Positions 52,446-63,067 of a stretch of 64,000 nt of DNA are shown one piece after another; the stretch's first letter is position 1; each line of letters opens with the position of its first letter. The stretch is taken from the NCBI GenBank assembly GCA_028534125.1, contig CM052817.1, positions 74,216,001 to 74,280,000 of the forward strand. Direction: 5' to 3'. This DNA is from Lama glama (Eukaryota). A model generated the notes under the pieces. It made no database searches. It was not told the origin of the DNA and worked only from the letters and a program-made list of their open reading frames with translations. A program made the translations under genes and the position numbers.

Positions 52446-54250
52446 TCCTCACCTCACTCTTCAAAAGCAGGTTAACATAAAGCAGGTAATCACAAGGAAA
52501 GAAAACTGCAGAGCGAGAACAAGAAGCACACATGTTGGCTCTTCACCCTACTTTTCCTAAATGTAATTGGAACAATTAAGATCATTAAATTCAAAAGGAG
52601 CAAGGTGGCTTTGGAGTAGACTGGTCTTTAAAGCAGAGTATGAGCAGGTGAGGAACACTAGAAGGAATTCCATCAGGCTGGAGAAGATTTATCTTCCATA
52701 AACTGAAGGCAAAAGAAAGTAAAACGTATGTGAGAAGAGACAAGCTTATTTGCCATTCTGGTGCAGGTAGTATGAATCAGGGTGAATGAAAAGGGATGAT
52801 TCTAACTAAGGAAATTAGTAAAGATGAAGCACAGGACTGATTTATTTTGAGAGAAAATTTAAAGCCACTGAAAGATACAGGATAGGTGTTTTAACACCTC
52901 CAAAAGAACTGGTATCCCCACTCTTGCCAAACGTTACCTTCCTGTGTGCTACTCTTACCTAGCACACAGGAAGAAATTATATAAGCACTGAAAGAATCTG
53001 ACTACACATTTTCATCTTTTTTTTAAATGACATTTTAGTGTTTTTTTTTTTAAAGTTTAGCAACTCCTCTTCAGTTAAAAACATTCCTGTGGAATAGAAA
53101 GAGGGGAAGTGAGACATAATTGAGCATAATGAGCTTCTCATTAGTTTATGTCATGAATTTGTAGTGCTGGTTACTTTAACACATAGATCTTCCTCAGAAT
53201 CATTTTAAAATCAGATAATCACAACAAAATCCCATTTAAATGAATAAACTGAAATGTCAACCTAATCTTTAAGTACATGTTAGAAGAAGAATTTGCAACA
53301 AATAAAAAAAATCATGGCAGAGCCCATGATACCAGGATACTAGGAAGCAACACTTTTTAGAAGACAAATTAAAGAAGGAAAAGTAACCCTAATGGAATTT
53401 CTTCTCTCATTACTTAAAATAAACCAGGTCACTGAAATGGGCTTACACTATGGCATTTCGTTCATTTTAATTTCAAACCATAAATTCCCATGGAAATACC
53501 TTAGACACGTGCTCACAATAATTGGAATGCCTAACCTTTAAGTGTAAGTACTTTTGCATGAGTTCAACAAAATAAAAAGAATGCAATGAGGCCCCTCCAA
53601 GTTTTTTGCTTATGTCAACAGCTATTTTATGAGTATGAATTATCTTTGCGGTTATAAAGCGTGTGTAAAATACATTACATGAGTCTGTGAGAAGCCTTAC
53701 AGCAGATGATCAAGTAAAGGTCTGAAATGCACACAGAAACATCACAAACAAGCCAAACTTCCTAGAATATAGCAACCATAAAATTTTCCTCCCAAAGCCA
53801 TTACTGTTAAATATACCTTAATGAATTAAGTTCAAGTGTAACTACAATTGAAATATAGGATTCAGCTGAGCTATGACCTATTTTTCCTCTCAAAAGCAAA
53901 AGGGAATAATGACAGTTGTGAGACTTAGATTTTTCCATTCCAGGGTTTTTCTGAAAGTTATTTCACAGTAGAGCTAAAGGCAAATGCACTTGGTGACACT
54001 TATTTGCTGTAAAATATAGTTATTTATGCTACTGCTCACAAGACAGATAGAATTTAGTAAATTAATAAATAGCAATTGTATTTGGTCATTTTTAAACTGT
54101 ACAGGCCAAGAGGCATTCAAGAAGGAAATAATCTTAATATGTAATATGATACCTAAGTCTACAATTATAACTAAGAGAAATATTTAAATACAACAGAACA
54201 ACCAACATGACAAATACAAAATTAATATAAATGTGTTTGAAAATACCCAC

Positions 54251-54345
54251 CCCTAGCAGAAAGCTTTTTGGTGTTGATAATTTTGGCAGCATATTCTTGT
54301 CCAGTAGGGATTTTCATACATCTTCTCACCACAGAGAATGCCCCC
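54251..54345 (-). CDS. CAMK2D: CaMKII delta coding exon 2 (95 nt): Gly-rich loop end, beta strands and catalytic Lys (AAK)
   Basis: Acceptor ggttttcag|G and donor GGG|gtgggt. Translates (K)[31 protein letters not shown](D). MKIPTGQEY distinguishes delta from the alpha, beta and gamma paralogues. Phase matches exon 1. Confidence 0.98.
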
Positions 54346-55949
54346 CTGAAAACCAATAATTAGCAGGTCATCAATATAATCAGCTCTGATATTCTATTAC
54401 AAAATTACAACATCTGAGTATTTTTATTGAATTTGGTGTATTGTCAAGTATCAGTGCACCACTGTAATATCCAAAAAATGAACAATTCTTCCTGGAAACT
54501 CAGACCTTCTTTAATGTTGAATAAAATTCGATTTTATTTAACTGGGAGCACCCATTATTAATCAACAAAATGAAAGGAACTGCCAATTACGACGGCTCTT
54601 GTTTGCACATGAAATCTGAAAACATTTTACAATTCACACTCAGACAGCACCAAATGTTGAGGGGAAAAAAAAAACCTTCAAAGAGCAGAGCTGAAGAGGA
54701 GCAGCAAAAATCTGCTGCCTATTTATTTTGGTGGGAAAAAAAAATTAATGTGGCTCCAAGTGAGTAAATATGACCATTGTTTTCATTAAAATATAAACCT
54801 TAGGAACATGTGAGTGTGGTTTAACAAATCCTGCTATGGTGATTGCTCTGTGCCCTGTTTTGGGCTGGGGGAGGGGAGAGATTTGAATTAAGCTGCTCTT
54901 CCGACATATTCTCCATGTTTTAACAGCAGACAACATAAATATATAAGGATATAATTTTCATTACATTTAAAATATACTTACATTTCCTTTAATTCAACTA
55001 TATAAAACAATAACATATATCTAAACGCACCCCTCTCAAGTAATGTTGGAAACTAGCGATAACCGGATTGGGTTTGGGTTTGATGCTACATAAATCAACG
55101 CTCACAGCTGGGCCCCTAGGTCCCTTTGCTCAGGTCTTCACTAGGTCTCCTGCCCCTTCCTTAACATCGTCAAGTAATTCTGCCAGCCAGGTGTAGGAGG
55201 CCGTTTTATACAATGCTAGACTACCCCAGGGAAGCTTTCTCCCGGTCTCGAGGGCTTTTCCGCTGCCTGTATAAGTAAATCCTCCCAGAGAACGCGAAGA
55301 TGCACACGTAAATCCTAGGAAGGATGATGATGAGCGCGTAACCCAGTACAAAGAATAGCAGTGGATATGGGACAGGGGGTCGAGTTCCTTCGGGTGGCCC
55401 TTTTCCTGGACAGAACAACTACTGGATGCGAAATAGACTCTACGCCAAGTTGAACTTTCGGCATCAATAAATATGGCACCGTCTGTGGCAGTGAGTTCTC
55501 ATTTGTACGTGGTTCATACGGCAGACACGCCGGCGAACCAGAAGGCATCTCTATTTACAGAAAACATGATCTATGTTGCATTTTACATGGGTTCTTGTTT
55601 CCTCTCTCTCTACACACACACACACTCGCACACTTCTCAGGATGACAGCTACAACTGCAGGGATCGTAAATCCACTAAGTCTCTAGTGCAAGAGGGTGGG
55701 GGAGAGGGAGAAGGTGGGCTAAGGATTATCCGAATGGGCTACAGCTGGGATGGGGGGTCTTTCCCCTTCTTCGTCCCCTCCGCTTAGCAAGACAGCATCT
55801 TTTTCAGAGCTGACACCCCAGGGACCCTCCTTCCTCTCCTCGCGTCTCCCAAACTCCCTAGCCCCACGCGGGAGGCTGGTGGGTCGGGGGTAACGCGACC
55901 CGCCCTCTGCTGGAAAGGGGACGTGCGGGTGCCGGGCAAAGGCGCTTAC
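54346..55949 (-). other. CAMK2D: CAMK2D intron 1 (1604 nt, GT-AG, phase 2)
   Basis: AA|gtaagc ... tgctaat (branch-like) tattggttttcag|G; splicing restores the Lys codon AAG. Confidence 0.95.
55900..55913 (-). promoter_or_regulatory. Candidate CTCF site
   Basis: Minus strand CCAGCAGAGGGCGG fits the CCASYAGRKGGCRS core, about 36 nt into intron 1. Confidence 0.5.
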
Positions 55950-56014
55950 TTTCCGAGCTCCTCGAAAAGCTGATACTCGTCCGTGAACCTGGTGCAGGTT
56001 GCAGTCGAAGCCAT
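55950..56014 (-). CDS. CAMK2D: CaMKII delta coding exon 1 (65 nt)
   Basis: aggATGG in strong Kozak context; translates [22 protein letters not shown]; donor AA|gtaagc. Confidence 0.98.
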
Positions 56015-56850
56015 CCTCGGTCCGGGTTGTCCCCCTGGCTGGGAGCGCGGCGGACAAGACGCGAACAGACGCACGGCTTCCCCGGGACTAACCCCGCGGC
56101 GCTGTCACCCAGGGCCGCCGTCACTTTCCTCGTCCGAAAGTAGCTTGCCAGCGAGGGAGTGTGCGCAGGGGCGGGGCGGGAGGGGAGATGACCAGAAAGG
56201 GTGGCGTGGGGTCTCCTCCCTACGGTCCGCCGAGCCGCCGTCTCCTCCTCCGGGCCTCGCTTCCTTCTTCTTTTCTGGACGCAGCACCCGCCCCCTTTCC
56301 AGCCCCTCCAATTGCAAGGGGCAAAGTACTTAAGAAGTGGGGCCGGGAAATAGAAAACAGCAGGGCAAGGGGCGAGAAGCGAGCAGTTGCGAAACGATCC
56401 GCACCGGAGCTGGAGGGGTAGGGGCGGAGGGAAGGGAGCCCGAGGGGGCGGAGGCCGCGGAGCCGGGAGCGGACAGCTCGAGCCCAGCTGCAGCTGTCAG
56501 CAGGCGCGGGCGCGGGGCGCGCCGGAGCCGGCCTCCCTCCCGCGGGCACCTCGGCGGCCTCGCGCTCCCCACGAGCCCGCGCGGCTTGGAGACTGCGCGG
56601 AGAAAGAGCGAGCGCTCGGCTCAGGCGAAACCTCTTCTGCCGTCCCCAGGCCTCCGCCTCCTCCCCGGCGCCTCCTCCCGCCGCTCCCTCCCCCTGCCAG
56701 CACCCCTCCCTCGCAAAGCCCCCTCCCCGCTGGTCCTACACCTCCTTCTAGCGACTCCAACCCTGTCCCTTCGTGGATTTCTCTCTTCCTCCCTCGGTCT
56801 CACACACTCGCACACCCGTCTAGAGAGAGACCAGGTGGGTGGAGGAGGAG
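56015..56850 (-). other. CAMK2D: Probable long GC-rich 5' UTR of CAMK2D (TSS position not determinable from sequence)
   Basis: GC-rich, AUG-free stretch contiguous with exon 1; in-frame TGA at 56105-56107. The upper boundary is an estimate. Confidence 0.6.
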
Positions 56851-57489
56851 GTGCGGGGAAGAAAACTGGAGAAGGTTTAGGTAAATGAGGCGAGACGTCA
56901 AAATTACACAGTTAAGCCCGCAATTAGGCTCCAGCCTAAATGTGGGGCTGATTAAGCGGGAAGATGCGGGGTAACCCGTGGACTGCCGGGCGCTGCCGCC
57001 GGGGTCACGGAAGCCCCCAGCCCGGTTCGGGGCGCCGGGCACTAGGGACAGCCCCACACGGGCGCGGCAGCCACTGCGCCCCCGTGGAAGGGCGAGGGGC
57101 GCAGCCACTCAACTCTACGCGGCTCCGTGTTGACACAGCGGGAGCCGGATGTGGGCAATGGCCTGCCTCCAGAGAAGGGTCTCAACCTCCCAGTGACTGT
57201 CGGACCCACCCCAGAAGCAGCGCCCCGCGCGGAGTTTCTCCCTCCCTCAGAGCCTCTTAAGCGAGGGGCGACGCCCGCCGCGCCACGTTTCATTTCTGAT
57301 ATGACTGCCACCTCACTCTCCGCCTCCCCCGCCGTTTTCTAGGTTGGGTTGCTCAGACTCTGGCAATTCCCAAAGGCCTTTATTTCGGCCATGAACGTTA
57401 ACAGAATAAAAGCAAAAACTACCAGTCGGCCACACCTTCCCTTCTGAGTAACTCCCCTGTAACCTCAGTAAGTTCTGATAGTAAGGCTG

Positions 57490-57595
57490 GTTCTCGCGAG
57501 ATTTCCTGCTCTGGTGGAGGGGGCGGGGCAGTGGGAAGGTTGAGTGTCGGTCACGCGACCTGGTAGAGGCTGACGTCATTTGCATCACATGAATA
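57490..57595. promoter_or_regulatory. Upstream promoter motif module
   Basis: TCTCGCGAGA 57492-57501; ATTTCCTG 57501-57508; GGGGCGGGGC 57520-57529; GGTCACGCGACC 57549-57560; TGACGTCA 57571-57578; ATTTGCAT 57578-57585; TCACATGA 57585-57592. Confidence 0.75.
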
Positions 57596-58889
57596 GGTCT
57601 AGTCCGTTACGCTTTGTAAAAGGAAAAAGAGAGGTCGTGTATTATTTGCCTGCATGCTCTAAGATCTGGTCGGATAGTGGCACCTGAGTGTACTCCATAA
57701 ATGGATAGCTGAAAAAGCACTTAACAGTTAAAGAAAGCGTCCTACTTATTAGCGTATCTGCCATTGTTTACAGTAAATACGAGAAAAAAGTTATGCATTA
57801 CGTTTAAAATACTTGAATTGCTGATTGCTAAAACAATACCTGGGCCTTCCTTCTAGTCCTGTGTCTTTAATAAACTAGGCAATTGCAAAATTTAGAGGCA
57901 GGCCCTAAACGAAAGCGTTGTGAATGCTGTTTGCCAAATTACTGCCTTTTGTTTTACAGCACAGGGACTCTAAAAACCTGGCAATTCTATTGCTAATTTG
58001 TTCACCTTTAGCATTACATCAGAGGCTCAAAATTTCAGAGCAGGAAGATGAAAGATAACTAGGAGATACAGAGAATCTGAGATTTAAAGGAGTTATTGTT
58101 AGCTTCCAAGGGCTGGTATTAGTGAATTTGTCCGCGGTCGCGCGTAATCCTAATTGCCTCATTTCCTGGTCTGGGGAAGGCTATTCTGCCAATAACTGGG
58201 CTTTTACCAGAATTCTCAAAATATTCACGATTTTTGACACTTATTATAACAAAATTGGACTTTGTAGATATTTTACTTCCTAACCATAAAAAGCAAATAT
58301 TGTGTAAAGTGTAGTGATACAAGAAAACAGGATACCAAAAATTATGTAAAGAAACAAGCTAAGTATTAATAACTGGGCTAGAAAGTTAAAAAAAAATTTT
58401 TTGATCCAGGCTAAAGATTTTTAATATATATCTTAAATATTTAACAATATGGTTCCAAGTTTTAATACAATGATTTAATATTCTTCTCTGAATCTAAAAA
58501 GGAAACAGAAGTAAAATTAAAACAATAAATAAAGGTAATATGAAATTTTACAACTCTGGGGAAGAAAACTGTCTTTTAAATATTCAAGTAATGAGACCTA
58601 CGTAATTACTGTATTTATCTCAGTTATTTAAACTACCTATAATTGTAAATGGTTATGATAATTGTGTGATAGAATAAAGGAAATGTAACAAGTTTTAATG
58701 CTGATGTAAATGACTCTAAATGTGTACTTTTAAGCAATCATTGTCTGCTTAATCTGTATTTGCACTGTTCCTTGATCTGTATCTTGGACTAATTATTTCT
58801 CTAATATTATTTAACAAATATAGACAAATATTTTCTGAAGCTTGCACCTCCTGAAGACATTCATCCTTCTAAAGTTATGCTGAAATTCC

Positions 58890-59580
58890 ATTCGGTTTCT
58901 CATGTCTTGCCTCCTTCCTGATCTCCTGCTTTTGCCCTGGCCTCCCGTTATTCAAGTCTCAGAACAACCAACCAGAATGGATCCCCTTAAAAATCCCAGA
59001 TAGAACAAACCATGCCTTTGCTCAAAACCTTCTGAAGGATTCAGCCCATCTCAGTTGGACTAAAACCAGGATCCCGAACATGGCTTGCAAGCCCCTAGGG
59101 GATCTGCCCTCTACCCTCAATTAGGCTTCTTACCTCAATTTGTGCCCAGGCTCACTCTACTCCAGCCATAGTGGCCTCTGGCTGTTCCTGGAGCATGCTC
59201 CTGATTAGGGACTTTGCATGTGCTGTTCTCTGCTCTCCCAGAATGCTCATCTCTTAGTTACTCTCCTGTCTCATTTCTTCACCTTCTTCCAGTATTTTCT
59301 CAAATATTAACTTACCAATGTGGCCTTCCCTGGCCACTCTATCATTACTGCACCTCATTCAGACATGATTTCTAGTCCTATTCCCATCTTTATTTTTCAC
59401 CTTAACACCTATTGCTATCTAGTATATTACACATTTTTTTTCCTTAATTGTTTATATTCCCAACCAGGATATAAGCTCCCTCAAGGAATGAATTATTGTC
59501 TCTTACTCACTGTTCTGTTTCTAGCAACTAGAATATTGTCTGGCATATAACAGCTGCTCAATGAATTTTGTTGAATGGGC
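58890..59580 (+). mobile_element. L2 LINE 3' fragment
   Basis: tgctcaaaaccttc; gctcactctactccagccatagtggcctctggctgttcctggagcatgc; ggccttccctggccactcta; tataagctccctcaagg; gtctggcatataacagctgctcaatgaattttgttgaatg. Confidence 0.85.
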
Positions 59581-61099
59581 AATTATTTGGGGATGTAGAT
59601 TCATCACAATTTTCATATTAAAGTTGGTAGTTGATAATTAACATACTGACAAGACTGCTTACTATAAGGGTGATCATTTTCAATTAAGATGGTCACAGTA
59701 TCCCATGACTGAGTGTTTATGCACAGAGATGGATTTTAAAAATACACTAATAATTGGCATCAAGGGAAAAGGATCTATTAATAATTTTCTTGTCATTGAA
59801 GTTCATAAAGGAGGAAGGAATTTCTGTTTTTCAGATATATTGGCCTTACTAAATTTTACATTGAAATGAAAGGCAGATGCCAAAGGTTTTAAATAATTCG
59901 ATCTCATTGTGGAGAAAAGTCAATGTAAGGAAACAGAACATATAGCTTTAAAATAGCATTTGCACTTTTCAAGTGCAAAATGGAAAAAAAAATTCTAAAC
60001 AGTAATATATTTGGTTTCACAATGTATTTAATCACACAGAAATTGAGATTACTCAATGTATTGTTTACAGCTCCAGCTGTACTTTGCTAAGGTGGAAGCA
60101 AAGCATTCATAATATATAATCTTTAAATTTTTACCCTTTAATATTGGAATGGCAATAGCAACAAACAAGGGAGAAGAGGCGAGGGGCAGTCTGGGGTTGG
60201 GGGAACGTCTGAAAAGTAGTTGTAAGTAGAGCGCTGTCACTACCTAGATTGCCAGACTTCCATAAGTTGAAATCATGTTAGTGCCAAGACAAGGACTAAA
60301 TTTTGTTCTAAATGTATCCCATCCGTTTTTATGTGATTCCCTCTGCACCTGCACCTCCTCAACTGACAAACAGTAGCAAAGAGATAGAAGACAGAAAACT
60401 TGCAATTAAAAATTGCAGTACTTCAATAGCCCAACTAAGAAGAGATAAGTCTCTAATACTTAAATAAATGAAGCAGATTTTCAAAATCATTGACTTCCCT
60501 TGCTACAAAGTTACAAGACAAGAAACAATGAAGAGATGACTGTCTTCTGGTTCCCCAAAGCGGAGACTCCCTCAGTAATACATTTCTGTGAGCATTGTAG
60601 CAGTGTCTATATCGTAAGCCGCTGTTCACTGCAGATTTAGAGGCAAGGAGAACAAAGTGACTTGCTGTTGCTTTTTCCAGTTAGTCTTCCTAAGGTACAA
60701 TAACTTAGCCACATAGAGCCAGACACAAAGATAGTCTACAAGTGAGTGGATAATCTATTTGCCAGACCATCCATTTGTGCAAGATGAATTTGCAGATGAA
60801 GAAATTAACTATTCATAAAATGAAAGCTTTCTTTGTTCCATCTGGTGCTAAAAGAATTTATTTTTTACTAAAAATTATAAGAATAAATGTGTAAATAAAC
60901 AATAAAATAAGCAATATCCACACAATCAAGAAGTGGCTCTTTTCCCGTTACTTTCAGGTATACTGAAATCAAGCCTACTTGATTCTCCATGAACATACAT
61001 GCATACCTAACACTGCTAAAAGAACTGTAGCAGGAAATTATGTTAAATATGATGTATAAATCAAAACAACTGTATAAATTATTCTGGAGTCATCAATAA

Positions 61100-62400
61100 G
61101 GTAAAGAAAACATTAGTAGATGTTGAGTCTTCCTCTGTGCACTAGTAACAACTTTCACTTACTGTTGTTGTAACACTTATCACTCCTGTAATTAGACTAT
61201 TGGCCCCTTTGTGGCAAGGAACTGCCATTCAGTCCCTCCTCACAGCTCTATCACAGAGCTTGTGCCCTAATAGTTACTCAAAAATGTCTCTTCTTTTTTT
61301 TTTAATGAATATATGTTATCATTAGTCTTTGTCTTCCAAAATATTAAAAATGCCCAATCTTTAATAGGGTGTATTGATTCCTCTTTGTTGCCATATATGC
61401 TGGATCCTTCTCACTTCTTATGTAACTTGACCTCTCTATATCATTTCATACTCTTGACCTGAAATTCTCTGTTGGTTTCCATGTCTGATACCACATCCTC
61501 CATTCACAGCACCTCACTCTCCTCCTCGCCCCAACACACATGCACATTTCTGTCTCTTCTTTACTTTAGGCTCATTCCTGGCTCTTTTTCTCCACCTTTG
61601 TGGTAAGATAGTTGCTCTTAGGATCCCATCTTGGGCAGCTCTTTTCCTTATTTTACACACCTTCCCTGGGCTACCTTAATAACTCTCATTATCTTGATTA
61701 TTGTCTGTCTTAAATTTGACTCTCCATATATAGACCCTTAGACAAAATGGGGATTCATTGAGGCAGTGCTCTCAAAGAGAAGGGTAAGAAAGTGAAGCAG
61801 GACAAAAGCAAAATAAAAACAAACAGACCACAGCATGTGCCTTCAGGCAAAGTCCCAGCCTCAGCCTGATTTACCAGCAGCTGAGTGCAAATTATACCCA
61901 GATTTTGTTCCCCTCCAGGCAAGGACTTTCCTATTCTTCACCAGGGGGTCATTGACCACCAGTTATAGGGGAGAAGGGAAAGAAGGAACATAAACTGCCA
62001 AGGGGTCAGGTAGGGCCCTCTTTCCTTGCAGGCACATAGAGAATGCAGAAGGGAAAAACGCTAGATATCAAAATGCTGGTCACTGAAATCTTTATCTTCA
62101 ACTCCCATCACTCTGTGAGCTTCAGACTTGTGTTGGCAAATTTCTTGTTGGAAATTTCCTCCCATATTGTCCACTTCTACCTCTGATTCAACACGTCAAA
62201 AAGTAATCTCCCAGATTCCCTCTGCACCTGCACCTTCTCCAGATCTCAGCAAATCTTAAGAGTCACCTGTAACTGTCCCTCTCCCATACTTCCACAGTCA
62301 ATCAAGAGTCCTCATACCTCGTGCCATTCTCACTGCAAACACCTTGTTTTAGGCCATCACCTTTTCTTACTTGGATTAAGGCATGAGATCACCCTTCTCT
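61100..62400 (+). mobile_element. Degenerate L2 fragments with an embedded ERVL-like LTR remnant (~61730-62030)
   Basis: L2-like pyrimidine-rich segments flank gcagtgctctcaaagagaaggg...caggcaaagtcccagcctcagcctgatt...gtcattgacc. Confidence 0.45.
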
Positions 62401-63021
62401 AGTGAATTCACACTAAAGGAATCTAGTGTGTCTCTCAGTGTAGATTCTGTTACTAGCTCATATATATCCTTAGGGGGAAAAAGGGCCCCGATTCCTTAGT
62501 TCATCTTACCGTAATGTGTTGCATTTCCTAGTTTGGGCCTGGTTAGTTACATAGACTCAACTCTCTTGTCCTTACCCCTCTGTCAGTCAGCCTGGGTCCC
62601 TGAAGGCCTTCGTAAGAGCTGAGCGCTGCTCACCTGGAACGCCTGCTCTAGACCAAAAGAATAAACTTCTGGTTTTAAGAGAACTGAGTTTTGAGGATTC
62701 TGTCTATTTCTGTGAGTTAACCTACAGTAAACCAATTATGCAAAAAACTCTTAAAATCAAGTCCTGGACAAATATAACATATCACTATAATTCAATGCTT
62801 ATGAATAAAAGTACAATTAGTAAGTGACTGGAAATAGGTGATTTAGATTATGACCATATTTTATTTTTCCACATTGCCAGTTTCCATTAGTGTGGTAATT
62901 CAAAGTTAGCTATGTTATAGAATGGCCCAGCTCCAGTCAGAACAAATATCTATATGGTTCAAGTTTAAAAAGTAAAAATAAGAACCACTTTACCATTCTC
63001 ACTCCTACTACTACTATTACT

Positions 63022-63024
<3 letters not shown>

Positions 63025-63064
<40 letters not shown>
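63025..63064 (+). repeat. (AC)20 microsatellite
   Basis: Uninterrupted AC run of 40 nt. Confidence 0.98.

Positions 63065-63067
<3 letters not shown>

Larger units (their letters stand above)
1..54250 (-). other. CAMK2D: CAMK2D intron 2 (partial; runs off the window start)
   Basis: Starts at donor GGG|GTGGGT after exon 2. I found no sequence encoding the expected exon 3 peptide ([20 protein letters not shown]) in the window. Confidence 0.9.
55200..57620. promoter_or_regulatory. CpG island / CAMK2D promoter region
   Basis: Abrupt switch from AT-rich, CpG-poor DNA to GC- and CpG-rich DNA (core ~55830-57340) with several GGGCGG boxes, surrounding exon 1. Confidence 0.92.

Noticed and set aside
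55719..57588. Many overlapping 65-183 aa ORFs in the CpG island
   Set aside because: GC-rich DNA has few stop codons. The products are low-complexity Pro/Arg/Gly/Ala strings, mostly with non-ATG starts. The real coding frame is the 65-nt exon 1.
59959..59979. 9-bp hairpin TTTGCACTT-TTC-AAGTGCAAA (and TTGCATAA-TT-TTATGCAA at 6124-6141)
   Set aside because: Short AT-rich stems are expected by chance and are too short for a pre-miRNA.
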